A stretch of DNA of 64,000 bases from an uncultured Chloroflexia bacterium (GTDB lineage: Bacteria > Chloroflexota > Anaerolineae > CG2-30-64-16), in NCBI GenBank assembly GCA_963774265.1, contig CAVZDU010000002.1, forward strand, positions 32,001 to 96,000. The letters run 5' to 3'. A model generated the notes under the pieces. It saw nothing but the letters and a program-made list of their open reading frames with translations, was not told where the DNA came from and did no database searches. Both the position numbers and the translations under genes were made by a program. Positions 18,780 to 28,645 of this stretch are shown here, piece after piece; position 1 is the first letter of the stretch, and every line of letters begins with the position of its first letter.

Positions 18780-20414
18780 CTACGTCCGGATCGACTGAGG
18801 GCGCACCCGGCCCGGCTTGCGTTTTTGAGCTTGATGCGATCTCGTCTGGGTGCGCGCCTGTTTTTCTTCCTGCCAGTGTCTGATCAAAATCTCGACCCGA
18901 TCCATCACCTGATGCACGTTCAACCCGGTGGTATCCACCACAATCGCGTCTGGCGCAGCCATCAAGGGTGCATGCTGTCGGTTGGAGTCATATTCATCGC
19001 GACGCTTCACGTCGCGCAAGACCTGTTCGGAGTCAACCAACTCACCGCGGGCCCGGCGCTCAAGAAAACGGCGACGAGCTCGCTCGGGTAGGGTGGCATC
19101 CAGGTAGATTTTGAGGTCCGCGTCTGGAAGCACAATGGTGCCGATATCTCGGCCTACCATAACGATCCTGCCGCCCTCGCCGATGCGACGCTGGGCCAGG
19201 CGCATCGCTTCTCGCACGCCCGCATAGGCGGAAACCGGACTGACTGCCTTCTCCACCTCAATCCTACGAATGTCCCAACTGACATCCTGCCCGTCAGCCA
19301 GAACCGTCACATCTCGTCCATCATCCACCGTGGGCGAAAGCACGTCGATTTGCACGGCTTCGGCCATTTCAGTGACTGCCTGCTCATCGTGGGGCGAAAT
19401 ACCGCGTGCCAGAGCGACGGCTGCCACTGCACGATACATAACACCAGTGTCGAAATAGAGATAACCGAGCTGCTTGGCCAGGAGCCCGCCGATGGTGCTC
19501 TTGCCCGAAGCGGATGGACCGTCAATTGCAATGGTGCTGGGCCCCAAAGTAGATGGACTGCTTCCCTGGACCTCTGTTGCCGCGGGGAACTCTTTGGGGG
19601 TTGCACCCTCCCCATGATAGGCTGCCTCGCGGAGTGAGCGCAACTCGCCCTGCGTCAGGTCGCGCCACGTTCCTGCACGAAGTTCTCCGAGCGACAGCGG
19701 GCCTAGCCCGATGCGGATAACTCGCAGCGCAGGATGGCCCAGTAGCGAGACCATGCGGCGCACCTGCCTCTTGCGGCCCTCACGCAAGGTGATTTTAAGC
19801 CAACTAACGCGCGGCACGGGCCCCTGCTTGCGTTCGGGCGCTCGCCCTTTGCTGACGTCGGTCGGCGCGGCCTTGCGCTGCGTCACGAACATGGGCGGCG
19901 GCTCTTTGAGGAGTGCGACGCGCGCCGGTAAGGTCGGACCGTCATCGAGCATGATCCCGTGCTGGAGCCGACGCAATTTGCGCACGTTAGGCACCCCCTC
20001 TACTTGCACCAGATAGGTTTTCGGATGTTCGTAACGTGGGTGGGAAAGATGTAGAGCCAGCTCGCCGTCATTGGTCAGCAGGAGCAGCCCTTCGCTGTCG
20101 TGATCAAGCCGCCCGACGGCATAGAGCCGCTCAGGAACCTTGACCACCTCCTCCCATGAGGGATACCCGGCCTTCGGATCAGGGCCAGATAACATCCCAA
20201 AAGGTTTATTTAGCACGATATAGCGGAGCCGCTCAAATTGAATGAGCTTCCCGTCAACGCGCACCTCGCATTTTTCGGGCTCGACTTTGACACCCAGTGT
20301 CCTGACAACATGGCCATCGACAGTGACTCGACCGGCCTCGATCATCTCTTCACTCGCTCGTCGCGAAGCGACGCCGGCATGCGCCAGCAATTTCTGGAGT
20401 CTTTCCTCAGGCAT
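18780..20414 (-). CDS. cmk: Fusion of an RluB/RsuA-family pseudouridine synthase and cytidylate kinase
   Basis: N-terminal ERLQK.LA..GVASRR (S4 domain), VGRLDHDSEGLLLLTNDG and EGRKRQVRRM; C-terminal IAIDGPSASGKST, DTGVMYRA, GRDIGT and RRDEYDS. ATG at 20414. Confidence 0.92.
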   Translation of the reverse strand: MPEERLQKLLAHAGVASRRASEEMIEAGRVTVDGHVVRTLGVKVEPEKCEVRVDGKLIQFERLRYIVLNKPFGMLSGPDPKAGYPSWEEVVKVPERLYAVGRLDHDSEGLLLLTNDGELALHLSHPRYEHPKTYLVQVEGVPNVRKLRRLQHGIMLDDGPTLPARVALLKEPPPMFVTQRKAAPTDVSKGRAPERKQGPVPRVSWLKITLREGRKRQVRRMVSLLGHPALRVIRIGLGPLSLGELRAGTWRDLTQGELRSLREAAYHGEGATPKEFPAATEVQGSSPSTLGPSTIAIDGPSASGKSTIGGLLAKQLGYLYFDTGVMYRAVAAVALARGISPHDEQAVTEMAEAVQIDVLSPTVDDGRDVTVLADGQDVSWDIRRIEVEKAVSPVSAYAGVREAMRLAQRRIGEGGRIVMVGRDIGTIVLPDADLKIYLDATLPERARRRFLERRARGELVDSEQVLRDVKRRDEYDSNRQHAPLMAAPDAIVVDTTGLNVHQVMDRVEILIRHWQEEKQARTQTRSHQAQKRKPGRVRPQSIRT

Positions 20415-20416
20415 TA

Positions 20417-21586
20417 TTATGGACCTTGCGAGACAGATAACGAGACGGTAGCCACCGGCTCTGAGCCAAGAACCCACCACAGCTCTCCTATGGGGGCTGT
20501 CGTGGTCACAACCGCGCCCGCCTCAATGCGTAGAACTGGCACCAAGAGCGGACGCTGCCAAGCCGGCACCAATATATCAGAGGTTGCTTCTGACCGTAGA
20601 AGGTAGGAATGGCCATCACTCCCGATGATCCAGGCCAGCGCAGTATCAGGCAGGGCAAGATGATGCGGGGAGAAGGCTGCGGCGGCGTAATCAAGCAGCT
20701 TCCGCGCATCTTTATAGCGCTCCTGACTCCCCAACTCAGCCAATATGGTCGTGCGGTCATCCCGGGTCACCGATGCGACCAGACACTCACCTGCTTCGTC
20801 CGTGGTGCCGGTCTTAACCCCATCCGCACCATCGTAGGAACCCAGGAGTTCGTTCGTGTTCTGAAGCTGATGACCAGCAACCGTGGCCGATCCGAGCGCC
20901 ACGATCTTCGCAATACTCTCATTCTGTAGAGCAGCCCGCGCCAACACAGCCAGATCTGCCGCACTGGTCAACTGCCCCGCAGCATCGAGGCCGTGCACAT
21001 TGGCGTAGCTGGTCGAGTTCAATCCCATGGCGCGCGCTCGAGCATTCATCATATCCACAAAGTCAGCTTCGGTGCCGGCAACATGCTCGGCGAGTGCGAC
21101 TGCGGCGTCATTCCCGGAGGGGATCAGGAGCCCATACAATAGCTCCAGGACAGTGAGCCGATCGCCTGCGGTCAAGCCCATCCGGCTGCCGGCCGTTGCT
21201 GCAGCGGCCCGCGAAACAACCACCTCGTCATCCAGGGGAACCTGGTCTATGACGACGAGCGCAGTCATTAGTTTCACGGTGGAAGCTGGTGGACGCGCTT
21301 CGGTCGAAGCTTTCTCAAAAAGCGCCTCTCCTGTCCGAAGGTCAACCACCAACGCGGATGACGCCGTGACAGTAGGGACGTTGCGGGTCCGAATCAGTGC
21401 TTCAACGTTCTCAGGTGCCAAGCGGAGAGGAGGATGATCCCCGTCAGTGATCACTGGCGGACCGAATCCGACGCACACCACAAGAAACGCGGCCCAAAGA
21501 CCAACCCGAAACAGAACACGCGAAAACAGTGCGGAAAACGTTTGACGCTCACCCGCCTCTGCGATAAAATGCACTGTGCTGTGCAT
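20417..21586 (-). CDS. D-alanyl-D-alanine carboxypeptidase (S11)
   Basis: ASTVK (SxxK), SGNDAA (SxN) and GVKTGTT (KTG) motifs; N-terminal TM helix. Start uncertain. Confidence 0.9.
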   Translation of the reverse strand: MHSTVHFIAEAGERQTFSALFSRVLFRVGLWAAFLVVCVGFGPPVITDGDHPPLRLAPENVEALIRTRNVPTVTASSALVVDLRTGEALFEKASTEARPPASTVKLMTALVVIDQVPLDDEVVVSRAAAATAGSRMGLTAGDRLTVLELLYGLLIPSGNDAAVALAEHVAGTEADFVDMMNARARAMGLNSTSYANVHGLDAAGQLTSAADLAVLARAALQNESIAKIVALGSATVAGHQLQNTNELLGSYDGADGVKTGTTDEAGECLVASVTRDDRTTILAELGSQERYKDARKLLDYAAAAFSPHHLALPDTALAWIIGSDGHSYLLRSEATSDILVPAWQRPLLVPVLRIEAGAVVTTTAPIGELWWVLGSEPVATVSLSVSQGP

Positions 21587-21637
21587 GTGAAGGTCTCTGC
21601 CTAGGTTCAGCACATACTAACCCTTCTGAGGTTTGCA

Positions 21638-21883
21638 ATGCCGGTTTACGAGTATCAATGCCAAGCGTGTGACAAGCGTTTTGAAGCCCTTCGGCCGATG
21701 AGCCAAATGGATGCGCAGATTGCCTGTCCAGAGTGCGCAACGTCCAATGTGCGCCGCTCAATCTCGGTTTTTGCCGCTATCAGTCGTGAGGCTGGCGGTG
21801 GAAGCCGCATGGTCGCCAGCAGCACATCCAGTAGCGGTTGCGGCGGTTGCTCAGGCGGCAACTGCGCCAGTTGCGGCCATTGA
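21638..21883 (+). CDS. FmdB family zinc-ribbon protein
   Basis: MPVYEYQCQAC...FE...CPEC motif and a C-terminal CGGC...CASC tail. Confidence 0.9.
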   Translation: MPVYEYQCQACDKRFEALRPMSQMDAQIACPECATSNVRRSISVFAAISREAGGGSRMVASSTSSSGCGGCSGGNCASCGH

Positions 21884-21911
21884 GCCATCCTTGAAATCCC
21901 CCCCGCCGACC

Positions 21912-21944
21912 ACAAAAGAAGGGGCGCCGTTACCGGCACCCCTT
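21912..21944 (-). terminator. Rho-independent terminator after the secDF-lipoprotein genes
   Basis: Minus strand AAGGGGTGCCG-GTAA-CGGCGCCCCTT followed by CTTTTGT. Confidence 0.7.
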
Positions 21945-21970
21945 TGCCTCCAATGAGCTCGATCGGGGCG

Positions 21971-22526
21971 TCAGTCGGCGCCGTGGACGATGATATCGTA
22001 GGTTCTCACGTTATTGTCGCGGTCACGCTCTCCTGCGACGGGCACAACTTCTACGATTAGCTTGTAATGCGAACGCATAGGCAACTCGGTAACCTGCGTA
22101 AACCGCACGACACGCACCTCATCCGGTCCGAGTGAACGGACGGCGATCGTCTCGTTCACCAATTCGCCGGATGTCGACACATCATGCGGATCGAAAAGCC
22201 GCGCGAGACACGCGCACTACAGGCTCTGCAACTCGCCCTTGGTTCTCGATCGCGACCAACAGCGTCACCCCGCCATTTGACATGATCTGAGCAGCATCGA
22301 GGGGCGGATCGAAGTCCACGCCCATGATCGCCACTCCGCGCTCGTCGGGAGCGACCGTGGCTAGCGGAGCGATCGGCGATGCGGCTGACGCCGGCTGTAC
22401 AACTTCAATGAGGGGTTGGCAAGCCGATAACGCCAAAGCCGCGAAGAGCGCCAGTAGGGTGGGAACTAAACGGCGCAAGCAGAGCACGCTGGCTGGCAGC
22501 CTTGTGCAAAACATCATACTCATTTC
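21971..22526 (-). CDS. Putative lipoprotein with an Ig/CARDB-like beta domain (frameshift near 22200)
   Basis: Lipobox ALALSAC in ORF 22182..22577, continuing into ORF 21971..22180 (VAIENQG...GERDRDNN). Confidence 0.6.
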
Positions 22527-22627
22527 ATGATAGTCTGGATGAGCGGATTTGTCAAAGACAACACCCCGCTCACCCATCCCTAACGTACAGCCTTTTCCCC
22601 CGGATACGGTCTAGCCGGCCAGGCGAA

Positions 22628-23581
22628 TCATGCGGTCTGCGTCTGGGCCGCTTGCGATCCGTTCGTTCGCTTCTTGGTGCCGAACCAATCTCTCTCGGTC
22701 CAACCGACCAAGAGCGGTACGGCGATGAAGATCGATGAGTAGGAGCCCGAAATCATGCCAATCAGCAACACGGTGATGAACTGCTTCATCGTCGCGCCGC
22801 CGAACAAAAGGACGCTGACCATGATGAATACCGCGTTAAGTTGCGTGGCCAACGACCGGTGGAGTGTTTCCATCAGACTGCGATTGGCGAGATTGGTGAA
22901 TGAATCGCCGCGATACTTCGGGGAATTCTCGCGGATGCGGTCGAAGACCACAATCGTGTCCTGCATCGAGAAACTGATCACCGTCAGCAATGCGGTCAGA
23001 AAGAGAGCATCCGCCTCCCAGCCCAGGAAGATGCTTGCGATGGCGAATAGTCCCAAGACTAAGACTAGGTCGTGGATCATGGCAATAATGGCCGAGGCGC
23101 CGTATCGGAATGGATTAGGCACCTTTCGGAACGCCACCACCATGAAACCCAGAATCGCAATGGATCCGGCCACGATGGCCAGAACGGCGGCTTGAGTCAC
23201 CTCCCGCCCGATGGCGGGACCCACCTGGCTGTACTGCAGCTCCTGGAACGTCCCGTATTTGGCCGTCACAGCCTGGGTAAGCGTCGTCTTCTCGACATCG
23301 TCAATGGGTTTCAGGCGGACCTGAAGGGTCGTTCCGGTAGCGCCCAGTGTGGTGACCGCAGGTTCTCCAGCTCCGTTGTCAATGAAGACCTGGCGTAGCT
23401 CAGCGGGCTGTACCGGCCGCTCGAACTGCATTTGCCATAAGGAGCCGCCCGTAAAGTCGATGGCCAGCTTGACGGGCAGGCCGGTTGTCGCCAGCAGGTA
23501 GATCATCGCGATCATGCCCAGGGCGATAATGACTCCGGAGAAAAGAAAATACCACTTGCGCTTCTCGACAAGGTGGAACAT
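22628..23581 (-). CDS. secF: Protein translocase subunit SecF
   Basis: IDFTGG, VGPAIG, HDL, DTIVVFDRIREN and SYSSIFIA motifs. Confidence 0.97.
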   Translation of the reverse strand: MFHLVEKRKWYFLFSGVIIALGMIAMIYLLATTGLPVKLAIDFTGGSLWQMQFERPVQPAELRQVFIDNGAGEPAVTTLGATGTTLQVRLKPIDDVEKTTLTQAVTAKYGTFQELQYSQVGPAIGREVTQAAVLAIVAGSIAILGFMVVAFRKVPNPFRYGASAIIAMIHDLVLVLGLFAIASIFLGWEADALFLTALLTVISFSMQDTIVVFDRIRENSPKYRGDSFTNLANRSLMETLHRSLATQLNAVFIMVSVLLFGGATMKQFITVLLIGMISGSYSSIFIAVPLLVGWTERDWFGTKKRTNGSQAAQTQTA

Positions 23582-23591
23582 AGTCTCTACC

Positions 23592-24980
23592 TCAAATCCC
23601 TATCAGCCACTGCCGTTCGCGCAGGGCCTCACTGCCGGCGCGAGCGAAGACGAAGCGCATTAGGGTGCGCGTCACCACCACGGCCGTGAACATGCTAACT
23701 AGCACACCGATGCCAAGGTTCAGCGCGAACCCTAGCACTGCTTGGGCGCCGAAGGTTCGGCCAAATATGATCAGGATCAAACAAATGATCAGCGTCGACA
23801 GATTGGAGTCTAGAATGGACGTCCAGGCGCGGCTGAAACCTGCCTCGAGAGCTTGGCGCAAGGAGCGCCCCCAGCGCAACTCTTCCTTCATACGCTCGAA
23901 GACCAGGATGTTGGCGTCGACGGCCATGCCGGTCGAGAGCAAGAAACCGACGATGCCGGGAAGGGTAAGCGTGACGGGCACCAGCTTGTATAGCGCCAGG
24001 TTCAGACCTGCGTAGAGCAGAAGAGCCAACGATGCCAGCGCGCCAGGCAAACGATAGTAGATAATCATGAAGAAGAGCACGGTGCCGAGGCCAATGAGGC
24101 CGGCTGTGAGGCTCTTGCGCACTGAATCTGCACCCAGTGACGCGCCTACGGTGCTGCGATTGACGACTTCCAACGGCACAGGCAGCGAGCCGTAGCGCAT
24201 TTGCACGGCAAGGTTTTGCGCCGCTTCCAGGGTGAAACTTCCGGTGATCTCACCGCTGCCGTCGGGAATCGCGCTGTTAATCGAGGGCGCCGAAAGCACC
24301 TGATTGTCCAGCACGATTGCGAGCACCTTACCAATATGCGATGCAGTGTAGTCTTTGAAGAGCGTCGCGCCGCTCTGCTTCAGCTCAAAAGTAATCACTG
24401 GCTTACCGAGCTGATCCAACTGGGTGCCTGCGGTCTGTAGATCTCGGCCCGTCATGATCGTTGTGAAAGTCTGGTCCGGATGGGGGTTGGGCATCTTGCC
24501 AAGCTTAGCAGCATCCGGCGGATCAGGGTTGTTCGTGGTGCGCAGATAATCACCTTGGGTGACAAGCGTTCCGTCGGGAATCTCAACAAACTCGAGCTGG
24601 CCGGTACTGCGGAGGGTCTGTACGGCTGCTTCCGGATTGTTGATGCCTGGCAACTCAACAATGATACGGTTTGCACCCTGCAGCTGCACGAGCGGTTCAG
24701 TGACGCCGAGCCCATTCACACGGCGCTCGACGATCGTTTTGGCGGCCGTCATGTCCTCAGTGGTCACGGTCTGCCCCGTAGGCGGCTTCGCCTCCAACAA
24801 GACCTGCGTCCCACCCTGTAAATCCAAACCCTGCTTGATCTTCAGATCCCGGAAGTCGGCGGGCTGCCAGAAGAGCAACTGTTTGACGAACTGTGGATGC
24901 TCGATCGGCAGGTTAATGTACAACACGATCGCCGCCAGCAGGAGGATCAGCATCAACACCAATGTGTTGCGATTGCGCAT
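23592..24980 (-). CDS. secD: Protein translocase subunit SecD
   Basis: GLDLQGG, RRVNGLGVTEP, IVELPG, GMAVDANILVFERMKEE and ILDSN motifs; likely start MRNRN at 24980. Confidence 0.97.
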   Translation of the reverse strand: MRNRNTLVLMLILLLAAIVLYINLPIEHPQFVKQLLFWQPADFRDLKIKQGLDLQGGTQVLLEAKPPTGQTVTTEDMTAAKTIVERRVNGLGVTEPLVQLQGANRIIVELPGINNPEAAVQTLRSTGQLEFVEIPDGTLVTQGDYLRTTNNPDPPDAAKLGKMPNPHPDQTFTTIMTGRDLQTAGTQLDQLGKPVITFELKQSGATLFKDYTASHIGKVLAIVLDNQVLSAPSINSAIPDGSGEITGSFTLEAAQNLAVQMRYGSLPVPLEVVNRSTVGASLGADSVRKSLTAGLIGLGTVLFFMIIYYRLPGALASLALLLYAGLNLALYKLVPVTLTLPGIVGFLLSTGMAVDANILVFERMKEELRWGRSLRQALEAGFSRAWTSILDSNLSTLIICLILIIFGRTFGAQAVLGFALNLGIGVLVSMFTAVVVTRTLMRFVFARAGSEALRERQWLIGI

Positions 24981-25076
24981 TCTCTTCTCCCCCAAAGATA
25001 ATTTCAGTGGCTGCCACCACCACAAAAGCTTGGGCATAATTAGCCCCGCAAGGTCCTTGCGGGGCACAACAGAATG

Positions 25077-25105
25077 ATTATACCGCTGGGGATAGGCTCT
25101 GTCAA
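25077..25105 (-). promoter_or_regulatory. Perfect-consensus sigma70 promoter of secDF
   Basis: Minus strand TTGACA (25105-25100), 17 bp spacer, TATAAT (25082-25077). Confidence 0.85.
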
Positions 25106-25467
25106 AAAGCATGGCTGTGCACCAGTGCGAGGGACCGCACAAGGATCTCGTCAGGCGAGAGTTCATCGGTGGCGATGTAGAGGTCGCAGTGCGCACGGGC
25201 GTGACGCAGGCGATGGCGCTCCTCGTCGAGCAGCCAGGATTCAAAATGGCGGTCGCCGCGGCGCATCCGTGTGGTCTCAATCGCGCAGTCGAGGAAGATG
25301 AGAATGTCGGGATTAGTGATGCGCTGCCACATGTATGGAACGTAAGAATGTTCCTGGAGCACCTGGCGCGCGTTGAAACCATGGGCGCGCAGACCCTTCA
25401 CAAGCGTCGACTTGCCTGCCGCGCACACTCCGACTACGGCGATAAGCGGACGATCATCCAAGTCCAT
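25102..25467 (-). CDS. Small P-loop (nucleoside/nucleotide kinase-like) hypothetical protein
   Basis: IAVVGVCAAGKST Walker A motif; PDILIFLD strand typical of NMP-kinase folds. Confidence 0.75.
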   Translation of the reverse strand: MDLDDRPLIAVVGVCAAGKSTLVKGLRAHGFNARQVLQEHSYVPYMWQRITNPDILIFLDCAIETTRMRRGDRHFESWLLDEERHRLRHARAHCDLYIATDELSPDEILVRSLALVHSHAF

Positions 25468-25519
25468 GATCGATCAAACATAGGCAAGCCATCTCGCAGA
25501 TCGAACTTGCGCCAATGCA

Positions 25520-26272
25520 TTATCGCTGCACGACCGCGGGCAAAGGAAAGGAGACCGACATGCGTCTGATCTCGAGCGGATCTTCTGGGTGGCGATCGAA
25601 TACACGGATCACAACGACGGTCGTGTCGTCGCCTGGGCGACACTCATCGGCTGCTACTGCAACATCCAGCAGATTATCAGCCAGGATCTGTGCAGAGGTC
25701 AAGGCATTCACTTGCAGCGTAGCGAGCGCAACGCGGATATCAAGCGGTGCACCTCGACGCGAGCCTGAATGCAGCACACCGTCCGTGAACGCCACAATCA
25801 CCTGGCCGGCAGTCAATGGCCACTCGTCGATCACAGGCCTGATACGGGAGCCCACACCCACTGCGTCCGCTGGCGAGTCGAGAGCAGTCCATTCCGCATC
25901 TAAGGGATCAGCCTCTGATGCATGCCAAATCAAGACCGGACACTGACTATTGCGCGACGTGACTACCGTGCGCGTCTCCAGGTCGATAGAGATGATGATC
26001 AACTCGGCCGACACCTGCCCCCCCCGCTGCGTGCGAAGATAATCGTGAGTAGCGCGTGCCACCGCACCATCGCGCACCCCTTCAGACAGGAGAGCAATAG
26101 CTTTCTGCACCGCGATATTGCTGATGGCTTTGGCAGACTTGCCGCTGCGTTGGCCGTCCACTATGACAACTGAAAGTCCACCGTTGGGGCGCTCGACGAC
26201 CTCAACAGAGTCGCCACTCTCGGCCACCGCGTACTTGGCCACCTTGGCCACAGCAATTTCGACCGCCAACAT
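25520..26272 (-). CDS. PP2C / SpoIIE-family serine phosphatase
   Basis: ESGD, VDG, FTDG and DDTTV metal-binding motifs. Confidence 0.85.
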   Translation of the reverse strand: MLAVEIAVAKVAKYAVAESGDSVEVVERPNGGLSVVIVDGQRSGKSAKAISNIAVQKAIALLSEGVRDGAVARATHDYLRTQRGGQVSAELIIISIDLETRTVVTSRNSQCPVLIWHASEADPLDAEWTALDSPADAVGVGSRIRPVIDEWPLTAGQVIVAFTDGVLHSGSRRGAPLDIRVALATLQVNALTSAQILADNLLDVAVAADECRPGDDTTVVVIRVFDRHPEDPLEIRRMSVSFPLPAVVQR

Positions 26273-27765
26273 CAGTTCCCCGCCCTCTCTCTCAACCAGA
26301 CCCAGGCGTCTTCTTCCGTATGGATTGCACCGGTCGCCTGTGCTTCTCGGAGCGCCTCAAGCAATACACCGACCTGGGGGCTCGGTTCCAGCCCAAGAGC
26401 GCGCATCACTTGCCGGCCGTTCAGAAGGGGCGTCGGATCAACACGCTCCTTTCCCTTACGAAAAAAAGCGTCGAGCAACTCGCGGGTCGTCTGGCGGCGC
26501 TTATCCCAACCATTGCCATCGGGCGCACGAGCATGGGTAGCCAGGTGATCAGCCAGACTCAACAAGACCACATCCGGCCCGGTACTCTCGGCGTCACGGA
26601 AGAAACGGTACTCTGCGCGGCGGCTATAAGGATACTCGTGGGCTAATTCGCCCGGCCGCATGTGCAAATCGGTCAGTCGTGCCACATAGGCGATCTCATC
26701 GCCCGACATTTTAAGCGCGCTCAGCCGGGCCTGGGCCAAGAGCGCACCCCAGTGGTCATGATCAAAGAAACGTACGCGGCCAGTCTCTTCCACAGTGCGT
26801 TTCGCAGGCTTCCCCCAGTCATGCGTCAACGCTGCCCAGCACAACAGGTCGCGACGATTGCGCCCAGCCGCCAATGGAAGGCTCAAATGAAGCCCTATCT
26901 GCACCTGATATGGCTCAAGCAGCGCCGCAACCTCGCGCCACTGCTCCACACTTGCTATCACTGTATTGTCATCCTCGGCCGCCTCCGGAATATGAAAAGG
27001 ACCATCAGTCCACAGGAGCGCGAAGATGCCGTGCAAATGAGCAAGCACACTGCGACTATGGTCAAACACATCCTGGTAGTGTGGGGCGGATTGGGTCACA
27101 CCGCGCTGCGCGGCCGACTCAGGCAGAACCGGCGGAAGAAGCGCGAGATCGGAGAGAAGACGCAAATGACGCCAGCCACTAGGGGCAACTACGATTCGCA
27201 TCAGTTCGTCCCGCACGCGCTCCGGCGACACGGACGACAACTGGTGCGCGTCACGGCGTATGAGGTTAAATGTCGCACCCTCGATCACCAAGTTGAGCTC
27301 TGCGACCATCCGCACACCGCGCAGCATGCGCAGTGGATCGTCGGAAAACGCTCCTTCGGTCACAGCACGAAGAAGCCGGCGGTTCAGGTCCTCGCGGCCA
27401 TCAAACGGATCCACCAGGGCCAACCCTTCACCGTTCAAGTCCATCGCCATTGCATTGACGGTGAAATCGCGCAGGGCTAGATCGTCCAGCAGTTCAGGCG
27501 CACGCAAGCGCGCGACATCAACTTCAAGCGATTCGCCGTCTACGAGGGGCAAAATAGCGCGGCCCACATCACGGTCAGCATCCAGCACGAACGAAGCACC
27601 GCCAAAGGCATTCGCCAAGCTGCGGGCCAGCCGAACGGCGCCCTCTGGCACGATCAGGTCGAGGTCGTGGGTTGGGCGGCCAAGCAGAAGGTCGCGCACA
27701 TACCCGCCGACCAGCCACGCAGGCCGCCCACCCTGGCGAATGAAATCAATGACCTGTTCGATCAT
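26272..27765 (-). CDS. Class II tRNA nucleotidyltransferase with HD domain (probably CC-adding)
   Basis: LVGGYVRD.LL...DLD, RDFTVNAMA, DDPLRMLR and SPERVRDEL motifs; HD domain LTHDWGK. Confidence 0.88.
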   Translation of the reverse strand: MIEQVIDFIRQGGRPAWLVGGYVRDLLLGRPTHDLDLIVPEGAVRLARSLANAFGGASFVLDADRDVGRAILPLVDGESLEVDVARLRAPELLDDLALRDFTVNAMAMDLNGEGLALVDPFDGREDLNRRLLRAVTEGAFSDDPLRMLRGVRMVAELNLVIEGATFNLIRRDAHQLSSVSPERVRDELMRIVVAPSGWRHLRLLSDLALLPPVLPESAAQRGVTQSAPHYQDVFDHSRSVLAHLHGIFALLWTDGPFHIPEAAEDDNTVIASVEQWREVAALLEPYQVQIGLHLSLPLAAGRNRRDLLCWAALTHDWGKPAKRTVEETGRVRFFDHDHWGALLAQARLSALKMSGDEIAYVARLTDLHMRPGELAHEYPYSRRAEYRFFRDAESTGPDVVLLSLADHLATHARAPDGNGWDKRRQTTRELLDAFFRKGKERVDPTPLLNGRQVMRALGLEPSPQVGVLLEALREAQATGAIHTEEDAWVWLRERAGN

Positions 27766-27776
27766 TTTCAACTGAC

Positions 27777-28645
27777 TTACATTAGCGCCGCAACGAGTTC
27801 TGCGATTTCACCGGGGTGCCTAGCGACGCGCACGCCAGCAGATTCAAGCGCTTTGATTTTGTCAGCCGCGGTGCCCTTGCCGCCACTAATGATTGCGCCC
27901 GCATGGCCCATGCGTTTTCCTGGGGCGCGGTTTGCCCTGCAATAAAGGCAGTGACAGGCTTGGTCATCTGCGCCGCGATGAACTCAGCGGCTTTCTCCTC
28001 GTCTGTACCGCCGATCTCGCCAATCATTACCACCTGTCGCGTTTCAGGATCGTCCTCAAACAGACGCAGCACATCGATGAAGCTCGTGCCGTTGATGGGG
28101 TCGCCGCCGATTCCGACGGCCGTCGATTGGCCGATTCCCCGCTGAGTGAGCGCGTAGACCACTTCGTATGTCAGCGTACCAGAGCGACTTACTACCCCCA
28201 CGTTTCCGCGAGTGTGGATGTAGCCGGGCATGATCCCCACTTTTGCCTCACTGGGGGTGATCAGACCAGGGCAGTTCGGGCCGATTAGCCGGGACTTCAT
28301 CCCGTCCAGATAGGCGCGAACCTTGAGCATGTCCAACGCGGGTATGCCCTCGGTGATGCAAACAATCAATCCAATGCCTGCATCCGCCGCCTCAAGAATG
28401 GCATCGGGAGCGAATTTGGCGGGCACGTAGATAATGCTAACGTTGGCGCCGGTTGCGAAAACGGCTTCGGCAGTACTATCAAAGATCGGCACATTGCCGA
28501 CGGCCCAGCCACCACCTTTGCCGGGTGTGACACCGGCCACAACCGGTGTACCGTAGGCCAGCATTTGCTCGGTATGGAATGCGCCCTCGCGACCGGTAAT
28601 ACCCTGCACGACCAGACGGGAATCTTTATCGACCAAGATGCTCAT
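27777..28645 (-). CDS. sucD: Succinyl-CoA synthetase alpha subunit (single-base deletion in a C-run near 27923, likely an error)
   Basis: [21 protein letters not shown] and GEIGG motifs. The conserved (P)GKRMGHAGA and the stop at 27777 are in the shifted frame. Confidence 0.95.

Noticed and set aside
24981-25382. 596-aa SecD with a long N-terminal extension
   Set aside because: The extension overlaps the upstream P-loop gene and runs across a perfect promoter; SecD homology begins at 24980.
27900-27930. Programmed frameshift in sucD
   Set aside because: No slippery heptamer and no known precedent; one missing C in a homopolymer explains it.
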